Assembly: GCA_020348265.1 (NCBI GenBank)
Contig: CP070744.1
Span: forward strand, 5,370,772 to 5,434,771
DNA: 64,000 nt
Direction: 5' to 3'
DNA from: Phycisphaerales bacterium
GTDB lineage: Bacteria; Planctomycetota; Phycisphaerae; UBA1845
The notes under the pieces were generated by a model that made no database searches, was not told where the DNA came from, and saw only the letters and a list, made by a program, of their open reading frames with translations. Position numbers and translations under genes: made by a program. Position 1 is the first letter of the stretch, and each line of letters starts with the position of its first letter. Below, one piece after another: positions 45,211-55,344 of this stretch.

Positions 45211-45351
45211 GTTGACTTCTCATGCCGCTTAGCTTCCATCTGATACATCCCTTTAGACGAATGATCCTCGAAGACGGACGAAAGGAATCCCAGAAAAGCG
45301 CCGATCTCGATCATCCACCCGGCGATGGCAGAGGGTGCACGTCAACACGGC

Positions 45352-46272
45352 CTACAGTCTGCCGCGCGTGTTGATGTACTCGCGCGATGAGCCGGAATCG
45401 GTGCACACGTGCGGCAGGGGCTTGTTGTCCGCGAGCCACAAGTATGCCAGGCGCGGCCTAACGCTCGGCGGAAGGAACACCCTCACGCCCAGCCGGGCCA
45501 AGGGGCGACCAAAGACCACGCCCGCGAGTCCGCCCACTGTCTGCGCGCAAAGATGGGCAACGGTATAGGGCAACCCCCAGCGGAACAGATGCGGTGCCTC
45601 GTGATACCAGACTACCGCGACGATCGCTGCAGCTACAAGTGGCATGACTAACAACAGTCCTGCTCCGGCGAGTCTAGGCCAGTGCGGAAAGACGACCACC
45701 ACCACCATGCCGCCCGCGAACGCCATCGCCAGGGACACGGATACGATCAAGGCGATGAAGAACCCGTACATCGGGTAATCTGTTTCGACTTCCAGTGGAC
45801 CGTAGCTGCCGGTCCATGTGAAGCTCGTGGACCCCGGGCCCAACTGCCTGCGTTCATACCCGCCGGGCAAAGTGAGCTCGTCGAGCGTGGCGTAGCTAAT
45901 GCTCCCCTCCCCGAGCCCCAGCATGAAGAACGCAAAGATGATCAGGAGTATCCAACCGGCCAGCACCAGCGATGTTGCCCGATCGAGCCAGGGTTTGAGC
46001 GCAGTGGCGCCGTCATTAGCCGACTGAAACTGTCCGCATTCCGGGCATCTTACTACCGGGATGCCCGTGTGTGCATCGCGATGAACCGGCAGTGTACGCA
46101 GGTTGTACGCGCAATTCTCACAGAAGCGATCAAGGTCGATGCAGGCAATAGCCCGATCGTGTGGCCGCGGAGCTGTATGTTCCGATCGTATCGTTGCTTC
46201 GGTTGTTCCTCTCATTGTCCGTCCACCCTGCCGTTGATTTCGATCTTCGCGGCGCATACGCCAAGTTCGCAC
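45352..46272 (-). CDS. Membrane protein with N-terminal zinc ribbon
   Basis: CENCAYNLRTLP...RCPECG followed by TM helices. It has the same architecture as 30663-31514. The start is uncertain. Confidence 0.6.
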   Translation of the reverse strand: MRTWRMRREDRNQRQGGRTMRGTTEATIRSEHTAPRPHDRAIACIDLDRFCENCAYNLRTLPVHRDAHTGIPVVRCPECGQFQSANDGATALKPWLDRATSLVLAGWILLIIFAFFMLGLGEGSISYATLDELTLPGGYERRQLGPGSTSFTWTGSYGPLEVETDYPMYGFFIALIVSVSLAMAFAGGMVVVVVFPHWPRLAGAGLLLVMPLVAAAIVAVVWYHEAPHLFRWGLPYTVAHLCAQTVGGLAGVVFGRPLARLGVRVFLPPSVRPRLAYLWLADNKPLPHVCTDSGSSREYINTRGRL

Positions 46273-46375
46273 GCTGCATGCTTCCCAGGCTGCTAGGAGA
46301 TTCGTTGCACCGGGGTGGATATTTGGCTTGTGCGGTATTCGGATTTACCGGACCGAAGCCGGTGTTGAGGTCGTT

Positions 46376-48478
46376 CTATCTGATATAGCCCAGCGATTTC
46401 AGATTCAGCATCCCCTTGGGATCGATCGTCGCGGTTTCCGCATCGGACAAACCAAGCTCCTTCTTCAGTAGATCCGAATGAGTCATGTGGGCTTGAAACA
46501 ACTGCCGTCCGCGAGTGATGGCCTCCGGGTATGCTGAAGAAACCGAGTATCTTTCGCCCGGGTCCGATTCGAGGTCGAAGAGTTCCTCGCGCTTGCTGAC
46601 GTCCCAGCGGATGTACTTGAAGTTGTCGAAGACGACCGAGGTGCGGTTTTCGAAACACGCCAAACCCGTGCTGACGATTGGTAGGTCGGCAATCCTGGAA
46701 TCCGCGATCGTTGACAGGGCAGGAAGCGTCGGAGCGGGTAGCTGAGTGCTTTCATAATCCACTGCGCACAGTGTCAGTATCGTTGGGGCAATGCTTTCGA
46801 GCGTAACCTTGTCTGTGACGCGAGCGTGTCGTTGGACGGCCGGAAGCTTGACCATAAGCGGTACACGAAGTAGTTCATCGTATATGGTGTGCCCGTGCTC
46901 GAAGCTCTCGTGCTCCCAGAACTCTTCGCCGTGATCGCTGGTCAGCACGATGAGGGCATCGTCGTAGATGCCGAACTCCTTCAGCTTGGACACCAGGACA
47001 CCCAGGTTCTGATCCACGTAGCCCACCTCGGCGGCATAGTGACTCTTGAACCAGCTTCGCTCGGCCGAAGTGGGAACCATCCAACCGCTGCGGACCGCCT
47101 CGCCGTACTTCCCTTTCGGATCCAGCAGGGCCCCGTCCGGCGGATCGGGCAATAGATGTTCGGGCAGGTCGTACGGCGCATGCGGGTCAAAATAGTGCAG
47201 CCAGAGGAAGAAGTCCTTGTGCGCATTGCGCTCGAGCCAGCTTATGGTCAAACGTGTGAGGTCCTCGGTCGATGCTTCCGTGCGATGCACCGGGGAATCA
47301 ATAGCCGACAGCACTTTTCCACCGAGCATTGAGATGTCCGGCTTGGGATATATTTCGTACTCGTCGAAGCCCTGGGAGAGTCTCGTACGCGCTCGCAGGA
47401 CTGGATTCGACCCGATCGCTGCCGTCGAGTATCCCGCGTCGTGCATTCGTTCCGCCAGCGTGAAGAACTCTTCAGGGACCTTCGATTCGGGCCGCAACGC
47501 CTCATGCACCGTCGGAGAGACTCCGGTCATGATGGACGCAAATGAGGTCAGGGTCCACGGAGCCGAGGCGCGAGCGCTGTCGAATACGACGCCGTCGGCG
47601 GCCAGGGCATCGAAGTTCGGTGTTGGCTGCGCCTGAGGATCGTTGCACGAGAGCGCGTTGTATCTCAGTGCATCAACCGTCAGGAGGATCACGTGTCTGA
47701 CGGGGTGCTTGCCCCGCCCACTCACCGGGCCGTCATTAGTAGAGACTGACGCAGAAGCCGATTGTGGAGAGAGTGGTGAAGAGTGGGCGTGCAGCAAGGG
47801 GCTTGACACGACAACGATCAACAACGCAACAAGAATCTTGTTCTGTTGCCTCACCACAACAGGTCGTGTGCAAACCCACACCGTGGCGCCGATGCAGACT
47901 GCAAGGACGATCCACAGCGCGGCTGAGCCGCTCTCGGAGGCGATCAACCACCCGAGGAGGCACACCTCAGCCAGGATCATCAACGTTGTGACACCCAACG
48001 GTGAACGAGCACAGGGCTCCTGCGCTGCAGACGACAATCGCCGGGCAAGAGAGGACATGCCCACGGGAACCAGGCCGGTTAAGACGATCAGCAAAGCCGG
48101 TTTGACCTTTGCCGGGGATAACATGAGCATCTGTGCCAGATCAGGCAGGGCGGCGAGCGCCAGAGCGAGACCCAGGATGAAGCCGATACGCGCCTGGATA
48201 CCGGTGATGCCCTGCGTCGCAAACTTGCGCATGGGCAATCCCACCATCAGCCAGAGGGCCAAGTAGCCTGCGATGCTTACAACGGTCGTAACCGACAACG
48301 CGGTTGCCAGATTGCCGGCCGAGGACAGCTCGACGAAGCCACTGGCCAGGGATAAACAGACGTCACAGAACGCCAGACACAGACCGAGGGTCATCCCGGT
48401 CAGAATTATGTGCTTCCACGATCCTTGCCGGTCTGCTTTACCGGAAGAGTCCGGCTCTGCTGGTTTGGGTGCGTTCAT
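46376..48478 (-). CDS. Membrane-anchored sulfatase-like hydrolase/transferase (alkaline-phosphatase superfamily, LtaS/EptA-like)
   Basis: A ~250-aa polytopic N-terminus is followed by LLTVDALRYN...NFDALAADGVVF...SAPWTLTSFASIMTG. The position of the sulfatase C/S-x-P-x-R is occupied by T-L-T-S-F. SDHGEEFWEH lies downstream. Confidence 0.8.
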   Translation of the reverse strand: MNAPKPAEPDSSGKADRQGSWKHIILTGMTLGLCLAFCDVCLSLASGFVELSSAGNLATALSVTTVVSIAGYLALWLMVGLPMRKFATQGITGIQARIGFILGLALALAALPDLAQMLMLSPAKVKPALLIVLTGLVPVGMSSLARRLSSAAQEPCARSPLGVTTLMILAEVCLLGWLIASESGSAALWIVLAVCIGATVWVCTRPVVVRQQNKILVALLIVVVSSPLLHAHSSPLSPQSASASVSTNDGPVSGRGKHPVRHVILLTVDALRYNALSCNDPQAQPTPNFDALAADGVVFDSARASAPWTLTSFASIMTGVSPTVHEALRPESKVPEEFFTLAERMHDAGYSTAAIGSNPVLRARTRLSQGFDEYEIYPKPDISMLGGKVLSAIDSPVHRTEASTEDLTRLTISWLERNAHKDFFLWLHYFDPHAPYDLPEHLLPDPPDGALLDPKGKYGEAVRSGWMVPTSAERSWFKSHYAAEVGYVDQNLGVLVSKLKEFGIYDDALIVLTSDHGEEFWEHESFEHGHTIYDELLRVPLMVKLPAVQRHARVTDKVTLESIAPTILTLCAVDYESTQLPAPTLPALSTIADSRIADLPIVSTGLACFENRTSVVFDNFKYIRWDVSKREELFDLESDPGERYSVSSAYPEAITRGRQLFQAHMTHSDLLKKELGLSDAETATIDPKGMLNLKSLGYIR

Positions 48479-49000
48479 CGCCCCGCTCGCTTTCCGTTTC
48501 TAAACAGGCGTGCACGAGCACGCGTGGCCTTACACTTCGCCGGTCCGGTTGCCGGCGGTCATGGGTTCGATCGGTGACGCTCGAGCGCGTACCGTTTCTA
48601 GTTTCTCGGACGTCGGCACGTGAGCACCAAAGGGGTACCGGCGCCTATGCCTACATTTCGGAAAGAACGGTCCTCCCATGTAAATGTCGATGCTTGCGAG
48701 GGGAGGTCGCCCGGATGTCAACCACGCGGTCGGGGTGTCTGTTGCCGTCCAGATACGCGGCACTCACCCATAGCGTTACCGTTTATGGGATGTTGCCTTG
48801 AGAGCCTAGCCCAAGTTTAGACAGTACGCCGTGGACATGCGTGGATCTTCAATGGGTGCGATTCCCACCCGGCAACTGGTCGCTCCAGCCGGCAGCAATC
48901 GGAGCGGTCACGGAGGCACGACGTGAGTCAGTTGCCGGCTGCGCCGCTGGCGGCCCGGCGGACTCCGCACGCTTTGACGACGAGACCTGCGCATGTCTTC

Positions 49001-49174
49001 AGCACCGATCTTCTGTACTGCGAAGATCGCGTGTTCGTCGTCTCCGAGGATATGAAGTCCATCCGCTGGGACCTGGGCAATAGGAAGGAACCCAGGGCAC
49101 CGCTCGGTGCAACCCACCCGGAAACGGTAGACTTCCACCCGAGCACACTGCGCAATCTCAAGTCGCTGGGGTAC
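49001..49174 (+). pseudogene. Remnant of the C-terminus of a sulfatase-like gene (inverted relative to 46376-48478)
   Basis: The translation STDLLYCEDRVFVVSEDMKSIRWDLGNRKE...STLRNLKSLGY parallels the intact gene's C-terminus STGLACFENRTSVVFDNFKYIRWDVSKREE...GMLNLKSLGY. There is no upstream catalytic domain. Confidence 0.55.
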
Positions 49175-49180
49175 AGAAAG

Positions 49181-49287
49181 CTAGTACTACAGCGCCACTT
49201 GGTCGTCTCGTGCGGAGAAACCCGCGTTTTGGGGCCGCCAGGGCAAGCGCAAATGGCCTGAAGGGCCATGTGGCGCTGTAGTACTAG
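49181..49287. repeat. 18-bp perfect inverted repeat flanking a 71-nt core (structured RNA or MITE-like remnant)
   Basis: CTAGTACTACAGCGCCAC (49181-49198) pairs with GTGGCGCTGTAGTACTAG (49270-49287). There is an inner ATGGCC/GGCCAT hairpin. Confidence 0.6.
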
Positions 49288-49853
49288 GAACAACCGCAAC
49301 TGAACATGTTAGCTGAGACCTGCAGTACTCCTTGGGGCTGAAGTTTGATGCGCATACCGGCTGCGGGGTGGCTGGATCACTCCGTTTGACGTGCACAGGC
49401 GTAGCTGTGTGCGGTCGATTCTGACGCGCCCTGTGTCCGAGAACGTTCTGTTCTTGCGTAGAAGGCTCCCGTGTCTCCTTTGGGGCATGTCAAGCTTCGG
49501 GTGTTTTGATTACCGGACCTATGCAGGCGAACCGCGCTTCCCGACTTTTTGGGTTAAAAACGAGACCTTCCTGCCTATACTAGGTAGTGGAGCGGGATAC
49601 CAGAGCGGACCCGGGGTCAGGAGAATCGCGCTTCCGGACATCACGCGAGGTGGGCCGTCGACATCATCTGCGTTAGTGGAGGTGGCGCTGTCTTGATACC
49701 GTTCGACGTGTTTGTTGGCTCAGGGCGCGTTGGAGGTGTCAATGGCAAGTGTTCTCGGGTAGGCATTGCGGTGGTGCAACTGGGGCTCAACCTATCCCGC
49801 CATGCAATAAGACCGGATGTAATGGGGATTTAGACCACCCAGGAGGAAGGAAA

Positions 49854-51359
49854 GTGAAGAGTAGTCTCGGCTTGATAAACAGCATGTCGTTCGGTGGTTT
49901 CTTGCTGGGAACGTTCGCGACTGTCGCCAGCGGAGGCGCTGGGACTTTTCGCTGGTTGCCGAAGACGGCAAGCGACAATGTCGTCTGCCTGCCGGGTGAA
50001 GGCGACTGCGGCGAGACGGAGATCAGGCTGTCCGGCGGTGACGTGACGGTTACTCTGTTCCTGGAAATGGCCAATTGGGATCCCGATGGTGATGGCCACC
50101 CCACACTCGGAGGATTTCAGGGCGGCCTCGAGGCGGAGACATACGAAGGCGGCTTGGCGATCGATGCAGCCTATCCTGGTCATCCGGGAAACCCCGGTAC
50201 GGTCGCTGGCTGTGACCTCGAATCTTATGGGTGGAGCCTCGATCCCGATCTAAGGGATTGTGCTGCTGGCGCGTTCATGGCGTTGAAGGTCTGCGTGGAA
50301 ACACTGCAGTTTCCGGACGTCTTCGATCCGCTAAGTACGTGTACACCTGCTACCGCGGAGGCCGATTGTGGTCCGTTTCCGGCAGGTTGCGTTGATCGTC
50401 CGGATTGGGTCTTCGCGGGGATAAGCTACACGCCGACCATATCATGCGCGCAGGAAGACTACACGATAGGTGCAGCGTCAACGGACTGCCGAGAGGATGA
50501 CGGCGAATACCCGTTCTACTACGGCGGCACGCTCGTGGTTTCCGTGCCTGCATGTGCAATAGGCACGTACAATGTTGGCTTTATTGACGATGTGAACTTC
50601 ACGATACTCAACGACTGTACCGGCGTACTCATTCCGGAGACAACGAAAACACCCGCCCAGATAACGATTACCGCGGGCAGATGCTGCTATGGGATAGGCA
50701 CCGCCAGTACGGGATGCCTCTTCGGCGTCAGTGAGGCCGAGTGTAATCTCGAGCCCGCACCGCGTCTTTATGAGATAGGTCCCCCATGCAGCGAACCTTG
50801 TCCGGAGTGCCTCACGGGCGATCAATGCGCGGATCCAACGCCGGCTCAGGACCCCAGTGCAGACAACCTGTGCACCGTTGATTCGTGCACGGACGGCACA
50901 TGCGTGCACACACCGGACTACGACGACCAGGTCTACTGCTGTGATCCGGACCTGGGCCCCGTCGGGGGTCTGACGGTTATAGACGACGGCGAAGAGTGCT
51001 CCGTCGACACCTGTGATCCCGACACGGGCATCGTAACTCGCGAGGGCGGCGATTGCGATAACGACAACGTGTGCGACGACGTGGACAACTGTCCGACGGT
51101 TCGTAATCGTCTTCAGGTAGACGGCGATGGCGACGGTTATGGTGACCGCTGCGACGATCCGTTTGATGCGGATCATGACGGCGACGTTGATTTGATCGAT
51201 TTCTCGAGTTTCGCGGATTGCCTTGGCGGTCCGGTAATCGCCGCCTCCAGCGACTGTCAGGATATTCATGACTTCAATAGTGATACATATGTAGACGTCC
51301 ACGATATGGCGGAGCTGCAGATGTCGTTCACTGGTGAAGTTGCTACGCCGTGCGATTAG
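49854..51359 (+). CDS. Secreted Cys-rich protein with TSP type-3 repeat and dockerin-like C-terminal module (paralog 1)
   Basis: GTG 49854 is preceded by AGGAGGAAGG. It has a signal peptide, Cys-rich repeats (NLCTVDSCTDGTCVH), TSP3 (DNCPTVRNRLQVDGDGDGYGDRCD), and the C-terminal DADHDGDVDLIDF...CLGGP...FTGE. Confidence 0.8.
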   Translation: MKSSLGLINSMSFGGFLLGTFATVASGGAGTFRWLPKTASDNVVCLPGEGDCGETEIRLSGGDVTVTLFLEMANWDPDGDGHPTLGGFQGGLEAETYEGGLAIDAAYPGHPGNPGTVAGCDLESYGWSLDPDLRDCAAGAFMALKVCVETLQFPDVFDPLSTCTPATAEADCGPFPAGCVDRPDWVFAGISYTPTISCAQEDYTIGAASTDCREDDGEYPFYYGGTLVVSVPACAIGTYNVGFIDDVNFTILNDCTGVLIPETTKTPAQITITAGRCCYGIGTASTGCLFGVSEAECNLEPAPRLYEIGPPCSEPCPECLTGDQCADPTPAQDPSADNLCTVDSCTDGTCVHTPDYDDQVYCCDPDLGPVGGLTVIDDGEECSVDTCDPDTGIVTREGGDCDNDNVCDDVDNCPTVRNRLQVDGDGDGYGDRCDDPFDADHDGDVDLIDFSSFADCLGGPVIAASSDCQDIHDFNSDTYVDVHDMAELQMSFTGEVATPCD

Positions 51360-51481
51360 AGCCACGCTCAGGCGGCAGCGCTGCCGGGTATGGTCGACCG
51401 CTTTGAGGCGGCAGCGGAGGGCGAACAAGCAGGGATAACGTAGGAAAGTCTCCGAAGGAGCGGAGTTGAGGAGTAAGGAAA

Positions 51482-52978
51482 GTGGCAAGCCGACTCCTTT
51501 TCAGCAAACACATGCTCGCGGGGATGTTGGTCCCGGCGTTCCTGGCCATTGGCACCTTCGGTCAGGATGCCGGGCACGAGATCCGTTTTAATCCGGTATC
51601 GGCAAGCGGCGATGTGATGTGTCTTCCCGGCGAGGGTGGCTGCGATCCGACGGAGGTCGTCCTTTTCAGCGGGGGCGTGACGGTTACCCTGTTTCTGGAG
51701 CTCTCCGGGTGGGATCGCGATGTCGATGGCAGCCCTACGCTCGGGGCGTTCGAGGGTACGGTCGATGCCACAACCTACGAGGGAGGTCTCGCTGCCGATG
51801 TAGCCTACGAGGGCCATCCGGGCAACCCCGGTACCATTGCAGGTGTGGACCTTCTACCGGTGGGCTATCCTGACAACCCGCAAGAAGGTGCCTTTCAAGC
51901 ACTCAAAATCTGCACGTCGAATCTTGCCGACCCCGAGGCGAACGCCGACTGGTTGAGCATGTGCAACTCCTCCGCAGATTGTCCACCCTTTCCAGCAGGT
52001 TGTATCGACCGACCCGACTATGTTTTCGATGGAATCGACAACTGGCCGACGGTCGTGACTCAAACCCTCGATTACGCATGGAGATCAGCGGCGGCTCCCC
52101 AATGTGCAGTCGACCCGGACGGAGGAGTGACTCGCTTCTATGGCGGTACGCTGCTGCTTGAGGTTCCCATCGACGCGACAGGTACCTACCACGTCAGCTT
52201 CAGAGATGACCCAAACTACACGGTCTTCAACAACTGCGAGAGTGTTCTGCTTCCCGGTCTTGCGGAGATACCGGCTCAGATCACGGTGCTGGGCAGCAGA
52301 TGCTGTTCGGGAATCGGGACCGACGATCCTCAGTGTTTCAGCGGGATCAGCCAGGCGGAGTGCGACAGCATGCCCGCCCCACGGACTTATGGAACGGGCA
52401 TCACTTGCGCCGTTCCCTGCGCGGAATGCGCTTCCAGCGAGCACTGTGGCGACCCCACACCGGCTCAGGACCCCGCTGCCGACAATCTTTGTACCGACGA
52501 CATGTGCGCGGGCGGCAGATGCCTCCACGCCTTCAACTACGATGATGCGATCTTCTGCTGTGATCCGGACCTTGGGCCCCAGGGTGGCTTGACGTTGATA
52601 TCCGATGGCCAACCATGCAGCATCGACACTTGTGACCCGGACACAGGTCTCGTCACCCATGAAGGCGGTGATTGTGACAACGATGGGGCGTGTGACGACA
52701 CGGACAATTGTCCAACGGTTTACAACCTCAACCAACTGAACGACGACGGTGACGCGTACGGCGACGCCTGCGACGGACCATTTGATGCGGACCACGACGG
52801 CGACGTTGATCTAGGGGACTTTGCCAGTTTCTTTAATTGCCAGGGCGGTCCGCTGATTGCCGCCTCTATCGACTGCCGGGATGTACATGATTTCGACGGC
52901 GACGCACACGTGGACCTCCGCGATGTGCTGGAGTTCGAGGAATCGTTCACCGGCGAGATTTCGTCCCCGTGCGAATAG
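51482..52978 (+). CDS. Secreted Cys-rich protein with TSP type-3 repeat and dockerin-like C-terminal module (paralog 2)
   Basis: GTG start preceded by GAGGAGTAAGG. It is collinear with 49854-51359 along the full length, by eye roughly half or more of residues identical. It shows DNCPTVYNLNQLNDDGDAYGDACD and DADHDGDVDLGDF. Confidence 0.8.
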   Translation: MASRLLFSKHMLAGMLVPAFLAIGTFGQDAGHEIRFNPVSASGDVMCLPGEGGCDPTEVVLFSGGVTVTLFLELSGWDRDVDGSPTLGAFEGTVDATTYEGGLAADVAYEGHPGNPGTIAGVDLLPVGYPDNPQEGAFQALKICTSNLADPEANADWLSMCNSSADCPPFPAGCIDRPDYVFDGIDNWPTVVTQTLDYAWRSAAAPQCAVDPDGGVTRFYGGTLLLEVPIDATGTYHVSFRDDPNYTVFNNCESVLLPGLAEIPAQITVLGSRCCSGIGTDDPQCFSGISQAECDSMPAPRTYGTGITCAVPCAECASSEHCGDPTPAQDPAADNLCTDDMCAGGRCLHAFNYDDAIFCCDPDLGPQGGLTLISDGQPCSIDTCDPDTGLVTHEGGDCDNDGACDDTDNCPTVYNLNQLNDDGDAYGDACDGPFDADHDGDVDLGDFASFFNCQGGPLIAASIDCRDVHDFDGDAHVDLRDVLEFEESFTGEISSPCE

Positions 52979-53101
52979 GCCGGTTCCTTGAATCGTGGAG
53001 TCCAGCCTCAACAGCTAATCCAACGGTCGACAAAAAGAGGGCATGGGCGAGCAGGACCCACCCATGCCTGTTGTACTTCTGCAGATCACGCGGCAATGCC
53101 G

Positions 53102-55003
53102 CTACGAGCCGATCTGGACAAGCGCTTCCTCCGTCTGATCGAGCAGTAGCTCGAAAAGCTCCATCGCGTCGCGCACAGGCTCGGGGGTAGTCATATCTAC
53201 GCCGGCCATCTTGAGTAAGTCGACCGGATACTTACTGCTTCCTGAGTGCAGGAACTTCAGGTACGCGTCGGTAGCCCCGGGCGTTCCCTTCAAGATTCTA
53301 GCGGCGATATTCGAGGCGGCGCAGTGGCTAGTCGAGTATTTGTACACATAGAAACCTCTGTAGAAGTGCGGAATTCGAATCCAGTAGTTGTCGACTACGT
53401 CGTCGTGGGTATAGGCCGGACCGTAATACTTCTTCATGATCTCTCCGTAGGTCTGGCCGAGGCTGTCGGCGGTAAGAGGCTGGCCTGCTTCAGCCATCTC
53501 GTGAATCCGCTGCTCGAACTCGCTGAACATCGTCTGGCGGAAGAGCGCACCGCGCACTCCCTCGAGGAACTCGACGAGCAGATAGAGCTTCTTCTTGGGA
53601 TCCTTGGTCCGCTTTAGAATGTAGTTCTGCAGGAGGATTTCATTGCATGTCGAAGCGACTTCGGCGCAGAAGGTGTCGTAGCTGGCGTAGACGTAGGGCT
53701 GTGTCCCACGCGAGAAGTAGGAATGCATGGAGTGTCCCATCTCATGCGCTAGGGTCGACACCGAGTCATACCCGCCGTGGAAGTTCAACAGGATGTAAGG
53801 CTGTGTCAGATAGGTTCCGCTGGAATACGCTCCGCTGCGCTTACCTTTCGTTGGGAATACGTCCACCCACCGGGATGCGAAACCCTTATTCATGGGCTCC
53901 AGATAGGAATTGCCGAGGGGTTCAAGGGCTGTGACGATTGTGTCGACGGCTTGTTCATAGGTGTACTCGAACTCCTGTCCTTCCACCAATGGCGCGAACA
54001 AGTCATACGCGTGGATACCGTCATTCGCCTTCAGGGCGCGCTTGCGGATCTCTTGATATCGGTGCAGCAGGTGGAGATTCTCGTTGACGGTGTTGACCAG
54101 GGTATTGTAAACCCCGACGGGGATGTTGCTGTTGTGCAGGGCGGCGGCCAGGCAGCTTTCATGCCCTCGGGCTTTCATCGAGAAGATGTCGCTTTGGACG
54201 GATCCGTTGAGCAGCGCGGCTGCGGTATTTCGGTACTTGCTGTACGTGCCGACTATGCCGTTGTAGGCGTCTTTACGTACTCGGCGATCCGTCGAACGCA
54301 TGAAGATATAGAATGCCGAATCGCTCAACTCCACGGAGTTGCCTTCTTCATCGGTGATGGTGGGGAACTGAATATCCGCGTTGGCCAAGAGACGGTACGC
54401 GCTGGAAGGCGCTGAGCGCACTTGGCCGGCCATCGCCATCAACTCTTCTTCCCGAGGGGAGAGAATGTATTGTTTTTGGCGAAAGAGGTCGTCAAAGAAC
54501 TGCTCGTACAGGGCCAGATCCTTGTTCTGGCGCATCCATGATTGGACGGTCTCTGTGGGGATGGTGGTCAGCTCCGGCGCCATCCACGACATCCTCTCGT
54601 TGTACTCCATCAGCAGCGTTCGAGCGCGAGCCTTCATAGCCTGCATTTCACCGGCGCGCAGATCCTGATCGGAAAGCAGCGAGGCGTAGAGGTAGACTCT
54701 GGAAAGACGCGGCTCAACGTGATCACTGAGCTTAAGGGCGTGAAGCAACTCGCCGGGACCTTTGACCAGTGTTCCTTCCAGAGCCGCCAGCTCGTCGGTC
54801 TTCTTCTCGACAGCAGCGAACTCCGCTTCCCAGGCCTCGACGTTGGGGAAGATGTTCTCCGTGGCCCAGAGGTGCTTCTGTTCAATCTCGCTCCGCTCAC
54901 GGACCTTCTTGGTCTCGCCGGCGTTCGCTGTATCCGTGCATGCAAAGAGCAACGGTATCATGCCAAATGCCATCCATAAGGTATTCTTAACGCGCGTGTT
55001 CAT
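53102..55003 (-). CDS. pepF: Oligoendopeptidase F (M3B) lipoprotein
   Basis: HEMGHSMH zinc motif, 633 aa, and lipobox LLFAC. Confidence 0.9.
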   Translation of the reverse strand: MNTRVKNTLWMAFGMIPLLFACTDTANAGETKKVRERSEIEQKHLWATENIFPNVEAWEAEFAAVEKKTDELAALEGTLVKGPGELLHALKLSDHVEPRLSRVYLYASLLSDQDLRAGEMQAMKARARTLLMEYNERMSWMAPELTTIPTETVQSWMRQNKDLALYEQFFDDLFRQKQYILSPREEELMAMAGQVRSAPSSAYRLLANADIQFPTITDEEGNSVELSDSAFYIFMRSTDRRVRKDAYNGIVGTYSKYRNTAAALLNGSVQSDIFSMKARGHESCLAAALHNSNIPVGVYNTLVNTVNENLHLLHRYQEIRKRALKANDGIHAYDLFAPLVEGQEFEYTYEQAVDTIVTALEPLGNSYLEPMNKGFASRWVDVFPTKGKRSGAYSSGTYLTQPYILLNFHGGYDSVSTLAHEMGHSMHSYFSRGTQPYVYASYDTFCAEVASTCNEILLQNYILKRTKDPKKKLYLLVEFLEGVRGALFRQTMFSEFEQRIHEMAEAGQPLTADSLGQTYGEIMKKYYGPAYTHDDVVDNYWIRIPHFYRGFYVYKYSTSHCAASNIAARILKGTPGATDAYLKFLHSGSSKYPVDLLKMAGVDMTTPEPVRDAMELFELLLDQTEEALVQIGS

Positions 55004-55344
55004 CGGCTGTTCTCACAACGGGAGTCTGCGTCGATTCATCCAAGGGCGGCCCCGCTTGTCGCCACCTTGATGTTAGAGTGCGGCAAGGCTATCGCCAAAC
55101 CCGAGGCTGGACAAGTGGTGCTCCTGGGAGTGGGTCCAGACGTCGCGCCAAAGCATCACGCCATGCCTGATGCACAATCAGGACACTCATTGTGTCGTCT
55201 CTTCCTGCGATGGCGGAAGCGGAGCGCCTCTCAACCTGAAGCATGGTCCGGTAAGTCCCGCCTGAAAACTCGCGGGCTCGGTTCGTGTACCTTTAGTGCT
55301 CCCTCCACGACCAAGCACGATGTGGGAGGCGGTGCGCCCGTTTG

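Noticed and set aside
49554-49581. TTAAAA-N16-TATACT promoter-like pattern ~270 nt upstream of the first Cys-rich paralog.
   Set aside because: The -35 match is weak and this is the only support. It is too speculative to list as a feature.
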